Virus record (IMG/VR): IMGVR_UViG_3300045988_174371
Span: 288,001-352,000 of that record
Origin: a virus
DNA length: 64,000 bases
Reading direction: 5' to 3' (one strand)
Below the pieces are notes generated by a model that did not search any database, was not told the DNA's origin, and saw only the letters and a list, made by a program, of their open reading frames with translations. Below are positions 26,880 to 34,477 of the stretch, piece by piece. Numbering within the stretch: position 1 is the first letter of the stretch; each line of letters starts with the position of its first letter. The position numbers were made by a program, and so were the translations under genes.

Positions 26880-29333
26880 CTACCAGCGGCGCAACGGTTG
26901 CCGCGCCTTATCGTTCTCTTCATCCGTAGGAATCTGCATCACCGGCAGGTACGGGTCAGCAGACTTGTAACGGTTGATGATGTTCTGAATCGTGTACTCT
27001 GATGCAACAGGGTTCGACAAGCCGGAGCCCGTACCCACAATACGTGGGTCTAGGTTAGCCTGAGGGGTAAGCCCCTCATTCACAGGAACCATCAGACCCT
27101 TATCGCGGTCTACCACAACATATGCGGGGGTAGCGCTCACCATGTCGCCAACATTTTCGACTAGTATCTGCCCGTTGCTCGCGCCGCTAATTCGACTACT
27201 CGCACCATCTGAACGGCGGTGAGTAACAGCCGCATAGTCATTCGGTGGAGCGTCCATACCGCCCGCGAACTGGTCAGCCATTCCAGTCTGAAGCTCACGC
27301 TTACGCCTTGCCGCATTCACAACTGAAACACGCTCAGTGGGCGTAAGGTTCTCGGTGCCTGCCACATACATAGCGTCACCCTCAGGCTTGAACGCATCAA
27401 TGGGCTTACGGTTCGGGTTGTAGAACCCGCCCTTACTTGCGTCATATCCCAGCGTACCCGCCTGAACCTTCTTATCGATGTACTTTCGAGTGTAGCTCTT
27501 GAGCGCACCCAAGGTTCGCGGGTTTGGGTTGGAGTCGTATGCCTGAGACCTGGGCATACCAAGCTCAGCTACCGCACGCTCGTACAAGTCTTCGACATCT
27601 TGCGAATTGACAGCCTTAGTGACCTCATGGGCACGCTTGGAACGCTCAGTGAGGAGAGCTTCCTCCTGCTTCAGATGGTTGTATACATTGGCGAACGCAT
27701 CCGTGTACTTCGGGTCGCTCTCGTAGCGGCTCTTGTAGCCGGGGTCAGCAGACGTAACGCCAGGCTCATTGTGGGAGCCGTTATCAAGGGCGGCGTAGCG
27801 CATCAGCTCAGCACTGTTCGCGTAGACACGTGCACCGCCAGCAGACGAGATGTTCTGACCATCAGCCGTGTACATGTTGCCCGACTCAAAATCAACGTAA
27901 CCCCACAGCTTGCCATCATTAGTGCGAATACCGCCCTCATGGTCAATCTGATAAGCCTCAGCATCCATACCGCCCATCATGACGCAAGCGCCAGGCTTCA
28001 GGATGGACTTAGTGCGCTCTGCCGCACGCTCATAGTACTCCAACTCTGCCGGGGTACTTGCGTGAGCGGTGTTGTCGTAGAACGGTGTGCTGTGGACGAT
28101 GCCTGCGTTGCGCTTCTTAACTGCTTCACGAATCTCTTCAACGCTATTTGGAACCTTGGCATTAGCCGCCGCCTTAGCCTCACGGGTAGCCCTCAGCATG
28201 TCGCTGTATGCGTTGATGTAGTTGTGTTGCTGAAGCTTACGCGCTTCGCTAGGTGCAAACTTTGCATATCCAATGGGGCGCTTAACGTCAGGGGTTTCGC
28301 TCCCCCTATCCTTACCGCCATAAATCTGCACAACCCTGCCATCAATCGCGTTGTACGCCTCCTCACGGTCTTCAGGTAGCTCGCCCTGAACCTTACGTGA
28401 GAGAAGGTCGTGAACAATCTTGTCGTTGAGTTCGTTGCTCTCTTCGCCGTAATGTTTGAGGTCTGAGCGAACCTTAGTCTCCATCTCTTCATCGGAGTAG
28501 TCACCGTTCAGGTCTGCGTCCCTATCAAGCTTCGCCATAGACTCGACAAGGTACCCGAACTGCTCCTGTTCCTCAGGGGGGAGCTGGTCAAGCATATTGA
28601 CGCGGTAAGCGGCTAGGGCTTTACCAAAGTTCTGGTAAGCCTCAAGGGGCGCAGGGTCGCGCTCCTCAGCAGGAGTGAAGATGCCGCCACGTAGAGCCTT
28701 CAACTCATCTGGGAGGTTTCCCTCGCTAAAGTCTGCCGGTGAGGACATCTTGTAGGCGCTCAGAATCTCCTGAAAGCGCTCCATATCCTCAGGAGTATCT
28801 AGTGATGCAGGAGGCTCCACAGCTTCAGGCTTAGGCTTCTCCTGGCGCTTACGTCGGGGCTTCTTCGGCTTCTCCTCAGGAGCAGTCTCCGCCTTTACCT
28901 CTGCGACAGACTCAGGTTCGGCTTCTCCAACCTCTTCCACAGGTTCAGCCTTAGGCTCCTCGGCAGGCTCAGGCGCGACTGGCTCGGGCTTCTCTGCAAC
29001 AGGCTCAATGTCCTTGCCGACGTTCTCGCGCGCGTACTTCGGGTCAGTCGGCTCACCCGCAATAAGGTGTGCAATGTCCTCAGGGAAGCCCATATCAACC
29101 GCCTCATCGAACGGAATCTTTGACTCACCCATCACTTCCACGTGGATTTGGTAACCTTCCACCAGCTCAGGCGGGAGCGACTGGAAAGCCTCCGAGACTT
29201 CCTCCAGATAGTTGTGTGCTTCGTTGGGGTCAGCAAAGTGGTTACCATAAGGGCAACGACCCTTCTTTGCGTCACATTTACCGCTAGTCAGCTGACCATC
29301 CTTATTGAAGCCGACGTGGGTTTTCTGCGTCAT
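26880..29333 (-). CDS. P-family paralogue P4 (817 aa)
   Basis: MTQKTHVGFNKDGQLTSGKCDAKKGRCPYGNHFADPNEAHNYLEEV, with SD AAGGA. The protein ends in ...LRRW. Confidence 0.85.
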   Translation of the reverse strand: MTQKTHVGFNKDGQLTSGKCDAKKGRCPYGNHFADPNEAHNYLEEVSEAFQSLPPELVEGYQIHVEVMGESKIPFDEAVDMGFPEDIAHLIAGEPTDPKYARENVGKDIEPVAEKPEPVAPEPAEEPKAEPVEEVGEAEPESVAEVKAETAPEEKPKKPRRKRQEKPKPEAVEPPASLDTPEDMERFQEILSAYKMSSPADFSEGNLPDELKALRGGIFTPAEERDPAPLEAYQNFGKALAAYRVNMLDQLPPEEQEQFGYLVESMAKLDRDADLNGDYSDEEMETKVRSDLKHYGEESNELNDKIVHDLLSRKVQGELPEDREEAYNAIDGRVVQIYGGKDRGSETPDVKRPIGYAKFAPSEARKLQQHNYINAYSDMLRATREAKAAANAKVPNSVEEIREAVKKRNAGIVHSTPFYDNTAHASTPAELEYYERAAERTKSILKPGACVMMGGMDAEAYQIDHEGGIRTNDGKLWGYVDFESGNMYTADGQNISSAGGARVYANSAELMRYAALDNGSHNEPGVTSADPGYKSRYESDPKYTDAFANVYNHLKQEEALLTERSKRAHEVTKAVNSQDVEDLYERAVAELGMPRSQAYDSNPNPRTLGALKSYTRKYIDKKVQAGTLGYDASKGGFYNPNRKPIDAFKPEGDAMYVAGTENLTPTERVSVVNAARRKRELQTGMADQFAGGMDAPPNDYAAVTHRRSDGASSRISGASNGQILVENVGDMVSATPAYVVVDRDKGLMVPVNEGLTPQANLDPRIVGTGSGLSNPVASEYTIQNIINRYKSADPYLPVMQIPTDEENDKARQPLRRW

Positions 29334-29363
29334 TTTCTATTATCCTTATCTTCATTTAGTTAC

Positions 29364-29400
29364 AGGTGGAGAGGCGAAGCTATTCTACGCCTCTCCACCT
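29364..29400. other. 13-bp perfect stem-loop without U-tract, 31 nt upstream of the P4 start
   Basis: aggtggagaggcg / cgcctctccacct. TGaTATATA (29403-29411, minus strand) abuts it. Confidence 0.7.
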
Positions 29401-29434
29401 CATATATATCAAACAGTCCGCACCACCAGGGAGC

Positions 29435-30856
29435 TTAATGACCGCCGCCGCGTGCGCCGCCGTAAGGGGCATACCTAACACCCGTATCGTAACGTACCCA
29501 TCCACATACAGCTGAACCGTTCACAATGTACGCCTGCATGGAGTGGTCTAGCCCCTCCCATGCGAAGCCTCTTTGTTCGCGAGGGTTCGGGGCGTTATCC
29601 CAAAGCTCCTTACATTCGTCAAATACGAGCATGTCAATCCCCGCATCATGCAGTTTCTTCCAATCGATACTGTATGTGTCTGCCGCTTCATCGTAAGTAA
29701 TGAACCTATCCTCGAAGAACCTTGCCTCAGTTGGGCTTTTGATGTTAAGCACGGTACTGTTGCGGTTAAACACAGGGGCATAGACGTGGGGGGTCTGAAT
29801 GTAGTCGCCGTTTTGGTCATTCACTCGAAGATGGTCAGTAGTGATGGTTGCAGAGTTGTAGTTGTAGAACCCGCCCGTCATCTCAAAAGCACCAGACCTA
29901 TACGCATTGCCGGTGATGCTTTCTCCAGCCTTTCGGCGCGCCGCCCACGCCCGCTCCTTATCGTCAGCATCCTTACGGATAAGAGGGGCACTCAGTACGA
30001 CATCGGGGAAGTCGTAATCTGGGCGGTTCGGTAGCCCGTCCACCTTCGGGTTGTCGGCTAGTGTAGGGGTGAAGTATGGGCGGGCACCCCTGTACCCCTG
30101 AATGTGCTCTACAGACATGCCGGAAAGTATGGGGTTGTTGTAGTCACATTCCACCCGGTCGATACGTGCAGGGTTCGATTCGTAGTCTGCGATGAACAGG
30201 TACTCTTCGTTCTGGTCTAGGTTGAGGATGCCGCCGTGGTTAGCTTGAATGAATGGGTCTCGCGTGTAAATAAACACGTCGTGGCTTGCCATGTCTGTAG
30301 ACGGGGTGCCGGTAATCGCCTGAGATTCGTCTTGGTACTCGTAATCCAACGTGTACGCTTCACGCCCGTTATACTGCGTGATAGTGGGCTGTTGCCTCGT
30401 CTCAATCTCAATCTTCTTCCTAATCCACTTCTCGGAAGCCTGAGGGTATTTCATCCTAAGCTCAGCACGTTCCTGCTCATTCTGGAAACGCGGCATAAAC
30501 TCACCATTTGGTAGCCACGGAGCCCACGGGTCATCATTGGCATACCCTGCGCCTTCCATCTCACGGATAGGTGGATTCGTCTTATCTCTCAGCTTCCGCG
30601 TAAGCCACTCTCGGAACTCTGGAGTGTCCAACTTCTGCCCGCTAGCGGCTAAAGCAGTGCTTTTAGCGGCTATCTCAGCATTCACCGAACCGACGTATTC
30701 CATGACGGAAGTCATGAACGCTAGGTCACCGTGAACCTTAGGGACACCAACGTTTTCACTATTGAGGTGCTTGTAAGGGCACCCTTCAGGTGATGTGCAG
30801 GGGAGCATACGTAGCTCACCCGTCTCTGCGCTAGGGGAAAAATGCATGAAAGCCAT
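29435..30856 (-). CDS. hypothetical protein (473 aa) with N-terminal His/Cys knuckle (Q1)
   Basis: MAFMHFSPSAETGELRMLPCTSPEGCPYKHL. The rest is unrelated to the P-family. Confidence 0.75.
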   Translation of the reverse strand: MAFMHFSPSAETGELRMLPCTSPEGCPYKHLNSENVGVPKVHGDLAFMTSVMEYVGSVNAEIAAKSTALAASGQKLDTPEFREWLTRKLRDKTNPPIREMEGAGYANDDPWAPWLPNGEFMPRFQNEQERAELRMKYPQASEKWIRKKIEIETRQQPTITQYNGREAYTLDYEYQDESQAITGTPSTDMASHDVFIYTRDPFIQANHGGILNLDQNEEYLFIADYESNPARIDRVECDYNNPILSGMSVEHIQGYRGARPYFTPTLADNPKVDGLPNRPDYDFPDVVLSAPLIRKDADDKERAWAARRKAGESITGNAYRSGAFEMTGGFYNYNSATITTDHLRVNDQNGDYIQTPHVYAPVFNRNSTVLNIKSPTEARFFEDRFITYDEAADTYSIDWKKLHDAGIDMLVFDECKELWDNAPNPREQRGFAWEGLDHSMQAYIVNGSAVCGWVRYDTGVRYAPYGGARGGGH

Positions 30857-31085
30857 AAAAGTATACCCGCCGTCATAGGAACTAGTTTAAGGAAACCAGC
30901 ATCCAGCACGGCGGGCACACGAAGCAGAGCTGACCGCCACAAAGCGCCCAACCCTCACCCAAAACAAAGAGACGGATATATAGACCACAGGGAGCTCATG
31001 TATAATAGAGGTTCGAGCAAAATGAGCTCACCTGCGCAACCACACACATCCACCATAACCATAGCAACCACAAGAGAGAAAGCTC

Positions 31086-31370
31086 ATGACCGAAGAAACC
31101 GAGTTCGTAAACATCCAACCTAACGTCTATGCAGTCATCACGGCAGGCGACACTACTCACACCGTCACATACCTGCATCTGACCGGCGAGAAAGAAACGC
31201 TAATCAGCCACCACCCAGTTATCGATGAAGGCATAAACATTGCGCATGAGTATGCTGTAGACGCAACACCTGAAATTGTTGCTGACATCCTGCAAAAGAC
31301 TACCAACGCCATCATTCAGCATTACGCGAACCTAGGCGTAGAAGTAGAAGTCGATTTCCCCAACGAATAA
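31086..31370 (+). CDS. small hypothetical protein (94 aa)
   Basis: Plus-strand ORF with a GAGAGAAAG SD, followed by a 25-bp perfect terminator. Confidence 0.6.
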   Translation: MTEETEFVNIQPNVYAVITAGDTTHTVTYLHLTGEKETLISHHPVIDEGINIAHEYAVDATPEIVADILQKTTNAIIQHYANLGVEVEVDFPNE

Positions 31371-31384
31371 GAGCTACCCCAAAG

Positions 31385-31440
31385 ACATGAAGGAAGCCCC
31401 TCACAGACATCAAATTGTCTGTGAGGGGCTTCCTTCATGT
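31385..31440. terminator. bidirectional terminator
   Basis: 25-bp perfect inverted repeat acatgaaggaagcccctcacagaca / tgtctgtgaggggcttccttcatgt. Confidence 0.8.
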
Positions 31441-31459
31441 TATAGCTGTTTACTCAAGC

Positions 31460-32335
31460 TTAGTTGGACAGCTCACGCTGTTTAGCGGCAAACTCTGCCG
31501 CCGCATCCAACTCCTCAAAGTCAGGCTCCAGCCACTGAGAAACCACATAGCCAAGCAACCTGGAGTACTGGTTACGTTCCTCAGGGGTGGACTTCTCACT
31601 GTCAGGGATAATCACAGAGAACACCTTAACGGCAGAATCCTCATCCACATAGTCCACCTGAGGCTCATACTCCTCAACCATTTCATCAGAGTCACGCTCA
31701 TAAATGCGGACACGACGCTCAGTGGTGCTCAACAGAGTGGAAGTAGCCCAGCACGCCATTGCGCCACGGTCGCTCAACTCATCAACAGGCACAGACCTGA
31801 AGATGAGCGCGCGAATCTCCGCATCAGTACCATCAGGGGTAATGACATGGGAATACAGCACCGTATTACCGTTACCGTGGTCTACAACCGGGGACTCGCC
31901 AAAGCCCTCAGCGGCAAGACTGGTGACCAGCCAATGCGCCTCAAGGTTGTTCATCTCAACATCCATGCCACGCCCCTGAAGGTTCATGGCAAGACCGGGA
32001 CCAATGACAGGTTCCTTAATGTCAGTAACATTCTCAGGGAAACCATCGTAAGGCGTAAGAGCGCTAATGTCAGGAATCTCAATATCCAAGGGTGCCTTCA
32101 GTGCACCCAAGAAGTCGTAAACCTCAGCGACAGAGTGGAAGTCGAAGTCCTCATCCGGTGAATACGAGAGAACGGTGTTGCCAACACGGATAGAGGTAGT
32201 GCCGTCTTCGTCACGAATGGGCACACCCTCAGGCAACAGGTCATCAACAGCGATGCCCTCAACGGGGTTCTGAGGCGCGTTACGCAGTTCCTCAGACACA
32301 GAGTTATCGCGGGGGGAAGTTACGGACTCAGCCAA
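31460..32335 (-). CDS. acidic hypothetical protein (291 aa)
   Basis: Co-directional ORF with a promoter box at 32392-32400. Confidence 0.7.
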   Translation of the reverse strand: MAESVTSPRDNSVSEELRNAPQNPVEGIAVDDLLPEGVPIRDEDGTTSIRVGNTVLSYSPDEDFDFHSVAEVYDFLGALKAPLDIEIPDISALTPYDGFPENVTDIKEPVIGPGLAMNLQGRGMDVEMNNLEAHWLVTSLAAEGFGESPVVDHGNGNTVLYSHVITPDGTDAEIRALIFRSVPVDELSDRGAMACWATSTLLSTTERRVRIYERDSDEMVEEYEPQVDYVDEDSAVKVFSVIIPDSEKSTPEERNQYSRLLGYVVSQWLEPDFEELDAAAEFAAKQRELSN

Positions 32336-32391
32336 GATAGGCTCCTAACGTAAGGTGAAACTAAAACGTGTTGTGTTGTTGCGACATAGAA

Positions 32392-32400
32392 GATATAGCA
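32392..32400 (-). promoter_or_regulatory. extended -10 box TGCTATATC
   Basis: The minus strand reads TGcTATATC, about 55 nt upstream of the ATG at 32335. Confidence 0.45.
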
Positions 32401-32412
32401 GAACAAACAGAG

Positions 32413-32463
32413 AATGGGTGTACCCTCCACTAGTCATAAGCGACCAGCCGGGGTACACCCATT
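32413..32463. terminator. hairpin downstream of Q2
   Basis: aatgggtgtaccc ... gggtacacccatt. Confidence 0.6.
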
Positions 32464-32512
32464 TTCAAATACACAACACGAATCAGGTTACGTCATAACC
32501 AGAGGGGCGACG

Positions 32513-34216
32513 CTACTTCTTCTCAGCTTCACCCTTATCCTTGTTCTTCTTGTGCGGTGAGACACTGATAGAAGCCTTAGTGTAGGTGAGGTCAGCCAGC
32601 TCTTCAGGACTGAACTCCATCTCCATTAGCTCGTAGCTGTATGCGGCGCTTCGAGTACCGTAGGTGCGTATCAGCGAATCAAACCTGGGACCCAGCACTT
32701 CCTTCTGCACAGCCTTAGGTGCAGACTGTTGCCTTGAAGACTGGACAATGTTCGTGCCAATGTCACCGCTATCAGTGCCCATAATGACGTTCATGTTCGG
32801 GGCATACTCTTTCGCCAAGTGCCCCTTAATGGCAGTTGAACCAGCGCGAACTTCCTTCTCCAAGTCAGCCACAGTCCTACCGCCGGTCTTCTCCTCGAAG
32901 TGCTTCGTGGCAGTAGCCAAGTCTCGACACGCATCGTTCAAGGTGGAGCGGACATCCTTAACCCTGTTGGTAGAGCGGTTTGCAGACGGAGGCGTGAACT
33001 TGATGCCAATCTCATTCTCTGCCTGAGCTGATAGGTTCGGAGACAGGTAGTTAATCTCGCTCACGTTGCGGGTGACCTGCTGGAACTCTTCCTCGGTGAT
33101 GTCGCCGTTATCCCTAGCCGCACGCCAGCCATCAATAGTGATGGAAACCGTGTGAGGCGCGGTAATCCTGTCGCGGACTTCCTTAGGAAGCTTATCAACC
33201 TTAGCGGTATCAATCGCGTTGTAATCAAACTGCACCTCGACAAGCTTGTCATCGTGAACAACAGCAATGTGCTCACCGATACCAGTACCGTTCTTAACGG
33301 ACGGGTTGCCGGAAATGCTCATGATGTACTGAAGGCGCTTGACGGTTGCCTCCTCATTAGCCTTCTGAGCTTCTAGAAGAGCCTTCGTCTCGGAAAGCTC
33401 CTGGAAGTCTACGACCTTCTCCGTGCCGCCCTTACCCTTTGCGGTAACGGAGGTTACAGGGAGGTATACTGAGCCGCGAACCTTGTCGCGCATGTACTCC
33501 TTGCCCCTCTTCTTGGGGACAAGGTTGCGCATCTCTCGGTACAGACCATTGAGCTCTTCACGGCTTGCACCTTCCTCCTTGCGCTTCTGGTACTCAGCCT
33601 CAAGCTCCTTGTACTTCGCTTCCTTCTCTTCACGAATCTTAGCGCGGTCACGCTCATCCTTCTCATTAACAGACCTGCTGTTACTCGGAGCGAGCTGACG
33701 GCGCAGGTATTCGTCTGCGGCGAGCTTACGTGCGTTCTCTTCCTCCAGGTTGCCCCTACGCTCCTGGATGAATGCCTTGTAGCGCTTCGCACCTTCCTCA
33801 GGCCCGTGAGCTTCCATATAGCTCTTGGAGTATGCGAGGGTCTTGCCACCGGCGAGAGCACGCATGACCTTGATGGTTTCACGACCCTCAATCGTCTTTG
33901 CGCGGCGGCGGCTACCAGAAACGGACTTGGAAATGTAGTTACGCAAGATACGCGGCGCAACTGCGTCAGTCTGGAACTTCATCAGCATACGGGTACCAGC
34001 GGTAGCCTTCGCGTTTTCCAGAGCCTTATTGATGGCACTCTTGGGCGGGTAGACGGGCGGGTCGCCTAGGAGCTGTTCCTGCATCTCAGGCGGCAGGTAC
34101 TCGGTGACGATGTGCATATCCATACCACCGTAGGGGCAGGTGTCTGCGCCTGCCGCCTTACAGCGACCTACGCCGGGGAACGGGGGGAGGAAGGGGCTAA
34201 AGTGTAGACCAGCCAT
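32513..34216 (-). CDS. hypothetical protein (567 aa) with N-terminal His/Cys knuckle (Q2) and a Lys/Glu-rich coiled coil
   Basis: MAGLHFSPFLPPFPGVGRCKAAGADTCPYGGMDMHIV, with a central KE-rich helical segment. Confidence 0.75.
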   Translation of the reverse strand: MAGLHFSPFLPPFPGVGRCKAAGADTCPYGGMDMHIVTEYLPPEMQEQLLGDPPVYPPKSAINKALENAKATAGTRMLMKFQTDAVAPRILRNYISKSVSGSRRRAKTIEGRETIKVMRALAGGKTLAYSKSYMEAHGPEEGAKRYKAFIQERRGNLEEENARKLAADEYLRRQLAPSNSRSVNEKDERDRAKIREEKEAKYKELEAEYQKRKEEGASREELNGLYREMRNLVPKKRGKEYMRDKVRGSVYLPVTSVTAKGKGGTEKVVDFQELSETKALLEAQKANEEATVKRLQYIMSISGNPSVKNGTGIGEHIAVVHDDKLVEVQFDYNAIDTAKVDKLPKEVRDRITAPHTVSITIDGWRAARDNGDITEEEFQQVTRNVSEINYLSPNLSAQAENEIGIKFTPPSANRSTNRVKDVRSTLNDACRDLATATKHFEEKTGGRTVADLEKEVRAGSTAIKGHLAKEYAPNMNVIMGTDSGDIGTNIVQSSRQQSAPKAVQKEVLGPRFDSLIRTYGTRSAAYSYELMEMEFSPEELADLTYTKASISVSPHKKNKDKGEAEKK

Positions 34217-34371
34217 AGTTATTTTTCTCCATCTTCATATAATATGCCGTGAACCCCTAGTGTGGCTTGCGCCACATCATTCCATTGCGGGGTTCATGTC
34301 GAAACTTATCCATATAACACATTCCGTTTCAAACTTAGGGGTTCTAGTGGTGCAATGGAACTGACGTATAC

Positions 34372-34380
34372 TATATAGCA
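34372..34380 (-). promoter_or_regulatory. extended -10 box TGCTATATA upstream of Q2
   Basis: The minus strand reads TGcTATATA. It would give a ~150-nt structured leader. Confidence 0.4.
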
Positions 34381-34477
34381 GACAGGAAGGGGGTTCGCCC
34401 CAAAATGGAGTGAAGCCCCACTTTTCCGGTGCCAGAGTAATGGCGGGGAAATGTGGGGCTTCTATAGCTAGAGGCAC

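Noticed and set aside
19039-29333. The P-family as RHS/YD, LXG or other known polymorphic-toxin cassettes, or as a DGR target array.
   Set aside because: I saw no YD/RHS repeats, no PAAR, LXG or WXG signatures, and no small immunity-like ORFs after each copy. The window has no reverse transcriptase or template repeat. The variable part is a low-complexity linker, not a C-terminal toxin tip.
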